In this document: piece by piece, positions 1 through 9,522 of the stretch
Position numbering within the stretch: the first letter of the stretch is position 1
How the letters are laid out: the number at the start of each line of letters is the position of its first letter
Assembly (NCBI GenBank): GCA_043757405.1
Contig: JAYVPI010000005.1
Location: 76,529-100,528 of the forward strand
Source of the DNA: Alphaproteobacteria bacterium
GTDB taxonomy: Bacteria > Pseudomonadota > Alphaproteobacteria > Rickettsiales > 21-14-0-20-44-7
Reading direction: 5' to 3'
Length of the DNA stretch: 24,000 bases
Translations under genes and position numbers: made by a program
The notes under the pieces: model-generated
Databases searched by the model: none
What the model saw: the letters and a program-made list of their open reading frames with translations, nothing else
What the model was told of the DNA's origin: nothing

Positions 1-1085
1 ACGTTTTGGCCGGCGCCGTTGGTGAGGAGTTTGTTGTCGCGGAGTTTTTCGACCACTTTCAGGTTTTCGATTGGCTCTTTCAGTTTCAGTCCGAGGAGAA
101 GGCCTTTGCCGCGCACTTCGTCGACTAGGGATGGGTATTTATTCTGCAGGCTTTCTAATGCAGTTTTGAGTTTGTTGCTCATTTTTTGCACGTTATCGAG
201 GAAGCCTTTTTCCAGCACGACGTCGAGTACCGCATTACCTACCGCCATAGCTAATGGGTTGCCGCCAAAAGTTGTGCCGTGGCTACCGGTTTTTAAGGCT
301 TTACCGACATGTTCTTTCAACAACAATCCACCCAGCGGGAAGCCGCCGCCGATGCCTTTGGCGACTGCCATCAAATCAGGTTCGATGCCTGCCCATTCAT
401 GAGCAAATAATTTTCCGGTGCGTCCCACGCCGCATTGGACTTCATCGAGGAATAATAACAGGCCTTTTTCATCGCAAAGCTTGCGCAGCTCTGGCAGAAT
501 TTTGAGCGGCGCAATCGAGATTCCGCCTTCGCCCTGCACGGGCTCAATCAATATGGCGGCGGTTTGTGGCGTGATGGCTTTTTTGACAGCTTCGATAGCA
601 AGAGGCACTTTATCAAAACCATCGAGCAATGGCCCGAAGCCATCGGTCACTTTCGGTGTGCCGGTAGCAGCGATGGCACCCATTGTCCGCCCGTGGAATG
701 CGCCTTCAAAAGTTATGATGCGATATTTGTCCGGTTCGCCTTTTTCATCAAAATATTTACGCACCGCTTTGATGCCTGCTTCGATCGCTTCGGTGCCGGA
801 ATTGCAGAAAAACGCGGTATCGGCAAATGTGTTTTCCACCAGCCGGTCAGAGAGTTTTTTGAGCGGTTCGCTGTAGAAAATATTGGAGACATGCCAGAGC
901 TTTGCCGCCTGTTCGGTCAGGGCTTTGACCAAATGCGGGTGGCAGTGGCCAAGTGAATTCACCGCGATTCCAGAGAGGAAATCGAGGTATTTGGTGCCGT
1001 CTTTGGTGAATACATATGCCCCTTCGCCATGGTCAAGCGTAAGGTCAGCGCGGGCGTAGACGGGAAGGATGGGGGAAATGGTCAT
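1..1085 (-). CDS. argD: Acetylornithine/succinylornithine-type aminotransferase (class III, PLP dependent), partial, runs off the left edge
   Basis: Absent from the ORF track because it is open at the edge. Reverse translation from CAT at 1083-1085 gives MTISPILPVYARADLTLDHGEGAYVFTKDGTKYLDFLSGIAVNSLGHCHPHLVKAL...FHGRTMGAIAATGTPK...EPVQGEGGI...LLFLDEVQCGVGRTGKLFAHE, characteristic of the ArgD family. Confidence 0.93.
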   Translation of the reverse strand, partial: MTISPILPVYARADLTLDHGEGAYVFTKDGTKYLDFLSGIAVNSLGHCHPHLVKALTEQAAKLWHVSNIFYSEPLKKLSDRLVENTFADTAFFCNSGTEAIEAGIKAVRKYFDEKGEPDKYRIITFEGAFHGRTMGAIAATGTPKVTDGFGPLLDGFDKVPLAIEAVKKAITPQTAAILIEPVQGEGGISIAPLKILPELRKLCDEKGLLLFLDEVQCGVGRTGKLFAHEWAGIEPDLMAVAKGIGGGFPLGGLLLKEHVGKALKTGSHGTTFGGNPLAMAVGNAVLDVVLEKGFLDNVQKMSNKLKTALESLQNKYPSLVDEVRGKGLLLGLKLKEPIENLKVVEKLRDNKLLTNGAGQN

Positions 1086-1172
1086 GATAATTTTAGCTAA
1101 TAAAGCTTTTAGTACAGTGAGTAAATAGAGATTTGTTGATTTAGGAATTAATCTTTGTTAATCTACATAACT

Positions 1173-2183
1173 ATGGGAAAGGATAAAAACAAACAAAAGA
1201 CTAATGTAGAGGCCGCGAAACCGTGGTATCGCTCACAATATCTCGCGCCATTCGCGCTGCTGGCAGCATTTGCTGTTGGAGCGTTTACATGGGCGTTAAA
1301 AGAGCGGGCGAAGAATACGATCGCTGCAGAACATGCTCGTTATGGCAATTTATGGGAATATAAAGATCAGCTCCCTATTTCAATGATCGAGAAAAAGGGA
1401 GATAAATACTTGTTTGAGGAGTTTCTGCCGAAACTAAAAATGGTAGAAGGGAAATTCGATGTTAATGTTTATATTGGCAACCCGCCTGCAGATACTGCTT
1501 TAAAATTGACAGCAGTTCCAGCCGATTTAATTCCTTACATAAAAGATGGTTTAAATAAATGGAATCAATACTTTAATTTCAAATATGTGGATAAAATTGA
1601 AAATGCTGATGTGAAGATTTTTGGTGAGGGCGCAGTATTAAAGCTTTTAGAGCAGAACGGCAGGGCATTAACCCCGGATCTGTGGGGTCACGAATTATGG
1701 CAACGATTCTCACGCGATAAAGGCGTTATGGGATATACTATCCTGCTAAATTCGAATTATATTGATAATGGGCGTAAAAATCCTGAGTTCTTTAGATTTG
1801 TTACAGGCCATGAATTTGGGCATTTTTTAGGTTTGCGCCATCCTGACACCGTTCTTTATTTTGATATTAAGAAAGTTCGGGGGATTTCCAATCCCTTAGG
1901 GCAAGATGGGAAGTTAATCGGACAAATCCTTGCGGAACAAGCAGTCATGTACCCAAATTTTCCTAACTTCACTATTATGAGCGCTGATGGTTCGTTACAA
2001 GTTGGGAAAAGAGATCTGGGTGAATTTGATAAAAAGGCGATGGATATAGTTCTCAAACTTTTTCACGAGAAATACGGCGAACATTACCAACCGTCTGCAA
2101 AGCCTTCGGCTAAAGCTGACGGGCCGGAAATAACGAAATGGCGGCAGATCGCTATGTCTTCAACCGATAGCCGCGTGCGATAA
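1173..2183 (+). CDS. Predicted membrane-anchored metzincin/matrixin-like zinc metalloprotease
   Basis: Motif HEFGHFLGLRHPD (HExxHxxGxxH) followed by a possible Met-turn (AVMYPNF); N-terminal hydrophobic anchor YLAPFALLAAFAVGAFTWAL. The track ORF starts at 1155; internal ATG at 1173 (MGKDKNKQ) is more likely. Confidence 0.7.
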   Translation: MGKDKNKQKTNVEAAKPWYRSQYLAPFALLAAFAVGAFTWALKERAKNTIAAEHARYGNLWEYKDQLPISMIEKKGDKYLFEEFLPKLKMVEGKFDVNVYIGNPPADTALKLTAVPADLIPYIKDGLNKWNQYFNFKYVDKIENADVKIFGEGAVLKLLEQNGRALTPDLWGHELWQRFSRDKGVMGYTILLNSNYIDNGRKNPEFFRFVTGHEFGHFLGLRHPDTVLYFDIKKVRGISNPLGQDGKLIGQILAEQAVMYPNFPNFTIMSADGSLQVGKRDLGEFDKKAMDIVLKLFHEKYGEHYQPSAKPSAKADGPEITKWRQIAMSSTDSRVR

Positions 2184-2919
2184 GGCACCATACTACCAGC
2201 CACAGCACCAGATTAGCTGCCACCAGCATTATTGCGCCCAATACAACATTCCCATCCGAATAGCCCGTCATCCCGTAGCGGAAGCCGTCGATCATGTAGA
2301 AGAAGGGGTTGGCGTGGGCAACGGTTTGCCAGAAGGCGGGGAGGTTGTGGGTGGAGTAGAAAGTGCCGCTCAAGAATGAGAGCGGGGTGATTACGTAGCT
2401 GGTGATGGCGGCCATCTGGTCGAAGCTGTCGGAGAGGACGCCAGCCAGCAGGCCGAGAAGGGCGAGCATTACTGAGGCGGCGAGGACGAAGAATATGACT
2501 ACCAGGACATGTTCAACATGATATTCGATGAAAATGCGGATGGTGAGGGCGCTGATGATGCCGACCATTATGCCGCGCAGGACGGAGGCGCCGACTATGG
2601 CGAGGACAATTTCACCGGCGGAAAGCGGGGGCATCAACAGGTCAACCATGCTACCGAGGACTTTGCCCATGATGAAGGTGGAGGAGGCATTGGCGAAAAC
2701 CTGCTGGACGATGGTCATGATGATGAGGCCAGAGGCCATAAATTCGCCGAACGGGATATTGCCGATTTTTTGGACATGGCTGCCCAGAGAAAGGCTAAAT
2801 ACGGCGAGGAATAATAGCGAGGTGATTACAGGGGCGAGGAGGGTTTGGTTATAAACTTTCAAGAAACGTCGGACTTCTTTTTTGAAGAGAGTATATGTGC
2901 CTATTGCGTTGCCTAGCAT
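2152..2919 (-). CDS. ABC-2 type transporter permease (YadH/NodJ-like)
   Basis: 255 aa, about 6 TM segments, typical ABC-2 tail (SFDQMAAITSYVITPLSFLSGTFYSTHNLPAFWQTVAHANPFFYMIDGFRYG). Confidence 0.85.
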   Translation of the reverse strand: MLGNAIGTYTLFKKEVRRFLKVYNQTLLAPVITSLLFLAVFSLSLGSHVQKIGNIPFGEFMASGLIIMTIVQQVFANASSTFIMGKVLGSMVDLLMPPLSAGEIVLAIVGASVLRGIMVGIISALTIRIFIEYHVEHVLVVIFFVLAASVMLALLGLLAGVLSDSFDQMAAITSYVITPLSFLSGTFYSTHNLPAFWQTVAHANPFFYMIDGFRYGMTGYSDGNVVLGAIMLVAANLVLWLVVWCLIARGYRLKT

Positions 2920-2926
2920 AAATTTC

Positions 2927-2987
2927 CGTTTATCGTTTATCGTTTATCGTTTATCATAGTCTAATCATTAACGATTAACGGTCAACG
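2927..2987. repeat. Inverted heptamer array: 4x CGTTTAT (2927-2954), 12-bp centre, then ATTAACG ATTAACG GTCAACG (2967-2987)
   Basis: Counted directly; fills most of the 68-bp region between two divergent start codons. Confidence 0.85.
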
Positions 2988-3419
2988 ATGAACGAATCTT
3001 TCATGGAAATTGCAATAGAAGAAGCACGCGCCGCCGCCGCCCGCGATGAAATTCCTGTCGGCGCTGTGATCGTGTGGAACGGCGAAGTAATCGCCAAAGC
3101 CGGTAATCGCAGCGAAGAATTCTACGACCCCACAGCGCATGCCGAGATGCTTGCCATCCGCGAAGCCTGCGACAAACTCGGTGCGCCGCGCATTCCGGAA
3201 TGTGATATCTACGTAACCCTGGAGCCCTGCACAATGTGCGCCGCTGCCATCAGCTTCTCCCGCATCCGCCGTTTATATTACGGCGCATCTGATCCAAAAA
3301 TGGGTGGAATATATACTTTCAGCCAGCCTACTTGCCATCATAAACCGGAAATTTATGACGGCATCAATGCGGAGATGAGCGCAGGGCTATTAAAAAGCTT
3401 TTTTGCCGGCAAAAGATAA
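2988..3419 (+). CDS. tadA: tRNA-specific adenosine deaminase
   Basis: Cytidine/deoxycytidylate deaminase zinc motifs: PTAHAEMLAI and VTLEPCTMCAAAI; YGASDPKMGG. Confidence 0.88.
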   Translation: MNESFMEIAIEEARAAAARDEIPVGAVIVWNGEVIAKAGNRSEEFYDPTAHAEMLAIREACDKLGAPRIPECDIYVTLEPCTMCAAAISFSRIRRLYYGASDPKMGGIYTFSQPTCHHKPEIYDGINAEMSAGLLKSFFAGKR

Positions 3420-3433
3420 TGCTATAATAAGCC

Positions 3434-3619
3434 ATGCGCTTATCAGACATCAAAATGCCCGATCTCTCGAATATGGAACTCCCCGATATGGGCGACGGCA
3501 CTTCTTCAATCCTCATTTTCATCGGCGTCGCCATCATCGCGTTCCTGATTTTCCGCAAATTCATCAAAATGGCGATTTTCGTGGGTATCGTCATTTTGCT
3601 GGTGGAATACCTGGCTTAA
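3434..3619 (+). CDS. Small (61 aa) single-TM membrane protein
   Basis: MRLSDIKMPDLSNMELPDMGDGTSSILIFIGVAIIAFLIFRKFIKMAIFVGIVILLVEYLA; tightly spaced between tadA and ettA. Confidence 0.55.
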   Translation: MRLSDIKMPDLSNMELPDMGDGTSSILIFIGVAIIAFLIFRKFIKMAIFVGIVILLVEYLA

Positions 3620-3636
3620 TTCCTTATAATGCGCCC

Positions 3637-3783
3637 ATGAGTATTAATATCGGCCCCTCCGGCCATACAATCTTATTTATAATCATCCTCATACTGCTCC
3701 TCACCGTAGGCCGCCGCATGGGCAAGCTAGGTTTCATCCTCGCAATCGGTTTAGCAATTTTTTATTTTATGAGATATAGATAG
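3637..3783 (+). CDS. Very small (48 aa) hydrophobic membrane protein
   Basis: ATG at 3637: [48 protein letters not shown]; ends 5 nt before ettA. Confidence 0.45.
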   Translation: MSINIGPSGHTILFIIILILLLTVGRRMGKLGFILAIGLAIFYFMRYR

Positions 3784-3788
3784 TTATT

Positions 3789-5456
<1,668 letters not shown>

Positions 5457-5457
5457 G

Positions 5458-5799
5458 ATGAAAAAATCTGCAAAAATAATTTTAGGTCTTGCAGTCATTC
5501 TGATTATTGCAGTATTAGGTTACAATTTTTGGCAACCCAAAGATATGTTTTTATCAGATAAGATTGAAATATCGAAGGAAATGCAGGAATGTACTAATGA
5601 TTCTGAATGTACTGGTGTAATGCTGGGCTGCAAACTGCAAGGCATTAATAAAAAGTATAAGAAAGAATTGATACTCAGAAGCAGTCTGGAATTTGCTGAA
5701 ACGCAATTCGGATTTAACTGTTCATTTCCTAGCAACAACTCAGATGAAACGACGCCGGGAGTCTATTGCATGAACTCGAAATGCGGGACAAGATATTAG
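5458..5799 (+). CDS. Small membrane-anchored or secreted Cys-containing hypothetical protein
   Basis: 113 aa; N-terminal hydrophobic helix then cysteines in ECTNDSECTGVMLGCK...FNCSF...VYCMNSKCGT; starts 2 nt after the ettA ORF ends. Confidence 0.6.
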   Translation: MKKSAKIILGLAVILIIAVLGYNFWQPKDMFLSDKIEISKEMQECTNDSECTGVMLGCKLQGINKKYKKELILRSSLEFAETQFGFNCSFPSNNSDETTPGVYCMNSKCGTRY

Positions 5800-5811
5800 T
5801 GACACAAAACA

Positions 5812-7644
5812 TTATTTCTTCTTCACCCACCATTCCATCAGCCCAAACCCAGCATCATATTTCGGCAGCGTCTCCGGATGCCCAAACTTATCCCAATACA
5901 ACAAGCGGAACGACCCAATATGCCATTGCGGGATGACGTAATAATTCCATAACAGCACCCGATCCAAGGCGCGGGTGGTGGCGATTAGGGTTTCTTTGTC
6001 GTGGGCGGCGATGATGGCTTCCACCAGTTTATCGACTATCGGGTTTTTGACGCCGAGATAATTCATCCCGCCCTTAGTTTCCGCGCTGCTTGAGTGCCAA
6101 TAGCTCATCTGCTCTGTCCCCGGCGCCAGGCTTTCGGCGAAAGTGTTGACAAAGCTGTCATATCCAAAACTGTCGAGCAGCTCTTTATATTGCGAAGTAT
6201 CGACGCTTTTCAGATTACTTTTGATACCCAGAATCTGCAGGTTGCGCTGGAACGGGCCCATAATGCGCTCGAATGACGAACCCTGCTGCAGCAAAATCTC
6301 TAATTCGAATTCCTCGCCTTTATCACTCACCAACACGCCATTACGAATATGCCAGCCAGCCTCGCCCAAGAGTTTTTGCGCCTCCAATAATCTGTCGCGA
6401 ATCCGCCCATTGCCATCCGATTCCGGCAATTTGAATTCCCTGGTGAACAACTCCACTGGTAATTCGTCGCGATATTGCTGCAGAATTTCCAGCTCCTTGC
6501 CCTCAGGCAAACCGGTGGAGGCATAAATCGAATTAGCGAAATAACTATTGGTTCGCGTATATGAGCCATAAAATAGATTCTTATTCATCCACTCAAAATC
6601 CATCGCCAGATTCAGTGCCTTGCGCACGCGGATATCCTTGAACTTATCACGCCGCAAATTCAGCGTGAAACATTGCATACCGCTCGGAATCTCATTTGGC
6701 AGTTTCACTTTGATAATCCGCCCATCTTTCACCGCCGGAATATTATATGAATTAGCCCAGTTCTTGGCGATGTTCTCATACCGCAAATCCACCGCGCCGG
6801 ATTTAAAAGCCTGGATCGCCACGTTCACATCGAGATAATATTCATGGCGGATTTTATCAAAATTATACCGGCCCTTATTCACCGGCAAATCCTTCGCCCA
6901 ATAATCATCGCGCCGCTTATATACAATCGCCCGTCCGGCATCGACGCGCTCTATCTTATAAGGTCCACTGCCGAGCGGCGCTTCCAGAGTGGTTTTGTTG
7001 AATTCATGTTTGGCATAATATGTTTTCGACAAAATCGGCAAACCGCCAATCAGCAATTTCAACTCGCGAGTTTTGGAGTTGGAAAATTCAAATCGGACTT
7101 TATATTTTTCCAACTTCACCACTGATTTTATCTCCGCGAATAAAATTTTATATTGTGGATGCCCGTCTTTTTTCAGCGTATTAAACGAATAAACCACATC
7201 ATCCGCCGTCACGCCGGAGCCGTCGGAAAACTTCGCCTCCGGGCGCAGATTGAAGATTATATATGTATTATCCTCCGGCATCTCCGCGCTTTCCGCCACT
7301 AATCCATATGCCGTGGAAGTCTCATCATCCGAGCCGCGCATCAGCGTATCGAACAATAAATCCGTATCAACAGCGGCGCGGCCTTTCAGGATAAACGGAT
7401 TAAGATTATCAAAACTCCCAATCTCCGGCAGCACGATTTCCCCGCCTTTGGGCGCATTAGGATCGACATAATCAAAGTTACGAAACAGCGCGGGATATTT
7501 GACATCACCATATGTAGAGACGGCGTGGCTTATCTCCATCGCTTGCGCGTTGGGTGAACGGAAAACGGTGAACAGTAAACTGATAAGAAAAAAATATTTC
7601 TTCCACTTACCGTTTATCGTTTTCCGTTTTCCGTTTGCTATCAC
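5812..7644 (-). CDS. Extracellular solute-binding protein family 5 (YejA-like peptide ABC transporter substrate-binding protein)
   Basis: SBP_bac_5 features: GGEIVLPEIGSFDNLNPFILKG...LVAESAEMPEDNTYIIFNLRPEAKFSDGSGVTADDVVYSFNTL; signal-peptide-like N-terminus; C-terminal WHIGSFRLLYWDKFG. GTG start overlaps the upstream stop (GTGA). Confidence 0.9.
   Translation of the reverse strand: MIANGKRKTINGKWKKYFFLISLLFTVFRSPNAQAMEISHAVSTYGDVKYPALFRNFDYVDPNAPKGGEIVLPEIGSFDNLNPFILKGRAAVDTDLLFDTLMRGSDDETSTAYGLVAESAEMPEDNTYIIFNLRPEAKFSDGSGVTADDVVYSFNTLKKDGHPQYKILFAEIKSVVKLEKYKVRFEFSNSKTRELKLLIGGLPILSKTYYAKHEFNKTTLEAPLGSGPYKIERVDAGRAIVYKRRDDYWAKDLPVNKGRYNFDKIRHEYYLDVNVAIQAFKSGAVDLRYENIAKNWANSYNIPAVKDGRIIKVKLPNEIPSGMQCFTLNLRRDKFKDIRVRKALNLAMDFEWMNKNLFYGSYTRTNSYFANSIYASTGLPEGKELEILQQYRDELPVELFTREFKLPESDGNGRIRDRLLEAQKLLGEAGWHIRNGVLVSDKGEEFELEILLQQGSSFERIMGPFQRNLQILGIKSNLKSVDTSQYKELLDSFGYDSFVNTFAESLAPGTEQMSYWHSSSAETKGGMNYLGVKNPIVDKLVEAIIAAHDKETLIATTRALDRVLLWNYYVIPQWHIGSFRLLYWDKFGHPETLPKYDAGFGLMEWWVKKK
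7554..7638. repeat. Inverted heptamer array: GTGAACG GAAAACG GTGAACA GTAAACT (7554-7581), then CGTTTAT CGTTTTC CGTTTTC CGTTTGC (7611-7638)
   Basis: Counted directly. CGTTTTC is the exact reverse complement of GAAAACG, and the CGTTTAT unit is the one seen at 2927-2954. Confidence 0.75.
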
Positions 7645-8561
7645 TTAAGATTCTTCTTAGCCGTTTCAAACACCGCCATCGCCTGCGCCACCATCGAGCC
7701 GGCGTCATTGGCATTGACTGGGAGAAGCATGGTAGTGGAAGTTTTAGCTAGCTCGCCGAATGCATCGATATATTTCTCAGCCACGCGCAAGGCCACGGCG
7801 TTCTCGCCGCCCTGTTCGTTGATTGCTTTGGCGACTTCACGGATACCGGCAGCGGTTGCGAATGCAACTTCCTTAATCGCTTCCGCCTGGCCTTTGGCGC
7901 GGTTAGTTTGGTCGGTTAATGCCGCCTCAGAACGCAGTACAACTTGTTGCTTATCAGCAGTCGCAAGGTTGATTACGGCCTGGCTCTTGCCTTCCGAGTT
8001 CAAAATCTCAGCACGTTTTTGCCTGTCAGCGGCAACCTGTAATTCCATCGCCTGCAAAACCGATTTCGGTGGCATGATATTGCGGATTTCATAGCGCATG
8101 CATTGCACGCCCCATTTTATCGCCGCTTCGTTGATTGCCATTACGATATTGGCGTTCATTGCTTCGCGCTCTTCAAAAGTTTTTTCCAGCGTAATCTTAC
8201 CAATTTCCGCGCGCATGGTTGTCTGCGCAAGCTGCGTCACCGCGTTATATGCGTTGGAAACGCCGTAAGAAGCTTCAACCGCATCGATAACTTTCACATA
8301 TAAGATACCGTCGATATTGAGCGTCACGTTATCCTTGGTAATCGCCGCCTGTTCGGAAACCTCGATAACTTGTTCTTTGAGCGAATGTTTATAGGCAACG
8401 CGCTGCACTGTAGGGATGATAATTTGCAATCCGCCTTCCTTAAAAACCTTCTCAAACCGCCCAAACCGCTCGATAATCCATGCTTCTTGTTGCGGCACGA
8501 CCTTGATGGTCATGAATAGGCCGATGATGAAAATTAGACCGATTACGATTACTACAATCAT
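7641..8561 (-). CDS. SPFH/Band 7 (stomatin/prohibitin-like) membrane protein, QmcA-like
   Basis: MIVVIVIGLIFIIGLFMTIKVVPQQEAWIIERFGRFEKVFKEGG...RAEIGKITLEKTFEEREAMNANIV...QVAADRQKRAEILNSEG. Confidence 0.9.
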   Translation of the reverse strand: MIVVIVIGLIFIIGLFMTIKVVPQQEAWIIERFGRFEKVFKEGGLQIIIPTVQRVAYKHSLKEQVIEVSEQAAITKDNVTLNIDGILYVKVIDAVEASYGVSNAYNAVTQLAQTTMRAEIGKITLEKTFEEREAMNANIVMAINEAAIKWGVQCMRYEIRNIMPPKSVLQAMELQVAADRQKRAEILNSEGKSQAVINLATADKQQVVLRSEAALTDQTNRAKGQAEAIKEVAFATAAGIREVAKAINEQGGENAVALRVAEKYIDAFGELAKTSTTMLLPVNANDAGSMVAQAMAVFETAKKNLK

Positions 8562-8623
8562 TTCATTCTCCGTTGTTATTTTGGATGATTTTATATCATT
8601 GCCGAGTAAAGTAAATGTAAACT

Positions 8624-8696
8624 GTCATTGCGAGCCAAGCGAAGCAATCCAGGATGGAATATGCGATGTAGATTTCTTCGCGCTGCTCGCAATGAC
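8624..8696. repeat. Palindromic interspersed repeat element, copy 1
   Basis: GTCATTGCGAGCCAAGCGAAGCAATCC...GATTTCTTCGCGCTGCTCGCAATGAC; imperfect inverted repeat with perfect 11-bp ends (GTCATTGCGAG/CTCGCAATGAC). Confidence 0.85.
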
Positions 8697-8709
8697 GAAA
8701 GGATAGAAC

Positions 8710-9522
8710 ATGCAAATATATTTCAAAGATAAATTTATCGTAGAAAACCAGGCGCAAATCAGCGTCAATGACCGCTCCTTCCGTTTTGGCGACGGGGTTT
8801 TCGAGACGGTGATTATTTATAACGCAAAAACCTGGGACTGGCCAAGCCATGCCAAGCGCCTGCAAAAAGGGTTGGAATTTTACAAACTGGATATCAACAT
8901 CAGCAAAATCCCCGAAATCGCTGCCGCGCTGATAAAGAGCAACAACATCAAACAAGGTTATCTCCGAATAATCATCTCCCGCGGCGAAACTCATTCAGTC
9001 GGCTACGCAGTAGAAAATCCGACCCCTTACATGGTCGTGCAAGTAATGGAAAAACCATTGCCGGAATTCCAAACCATAAAATTAGTGGTTGCCAAAATCC
9101 GCGCTTATTACCGCACCCCATGCAAAACCAACAACGCACTTCTCTACACCCGCGCCATGCTCGAAGCCACCGAAGCGGGCTGTGACAACGCATTGCTGCT
9201 CTCCCACGACGACTATATTTGCGAAACCGCCAATGCGAATATCTTCTGGATCAAAGGCAATGTGCTTTATACGCCATCCACCGATTTACCCTTCGTGCCG
9301 GGAACCGTGCGCGAAAAAACCTTGGAATTATGGACAGGCGAAGTCAAAGAAGGGCGCTACACCATCGACGACCTAAAAGACGCCGACGAAATCTTCATGA
9401 CCAATGTGGGGGGGATTGTGACTGCGGTGGGTGAGGTGAGGCCGTTGGGAATAAATGCAAAATCACAGAAAAAAACTTTGCAAATTAGGGCAAAGCTAGT
9501 GGACGGAATTTGTAATGTTTAA
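8710..9522 (+). CDS. Aminotransferase class IV (branched-chain aminotransferase / aminodeoxychorismate lyase / D-amino acid aminotransferase superfamily)
   Basis: SVNDRSFRFGDGVFETV, YLRIIISRGE, TNNALLYTRAMLEATEAGCDNALLLS...ICETANANIFWIKG; fold-type IV PLP motifs. Substrate not assignable from sequence. Confidence 0.85.
   Translation: MQIYFKDKFIVENQAQISVNDRSFRFGDGVFETVIIYNAKTWDWPSHAKRLQKGLEFYKLDINISKIPEIAAALIKSNNIKQGYLRIIISRGETHSVGYAVENPTPYMVVQVMEKPLPEFQTIKLVVAKIRAYYRTPCKTNNALLYTRAMLEATEAGCDNALLLSHDDYICETANANIFWIKGNVLYTPSTDLPFVPGTVREKTLELWTGEVKEGRYTIDDLKDADEIFMTNVGGIVTAVGEVRPLGINAKSQKKTLQIRAKLVDGICNV

Noticed and set aside
418-956. Plus-strand ORFs 418-876 and 564-956
   Set aside because: Antisense to argD, which has a clear family match through this region.
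8596-8994. 132-aa minus-strand ORF
   Set aside because: Composed of the reverse of the palindromic repeat and the antisense of the aminotransferase gene; no independent coding evidence.
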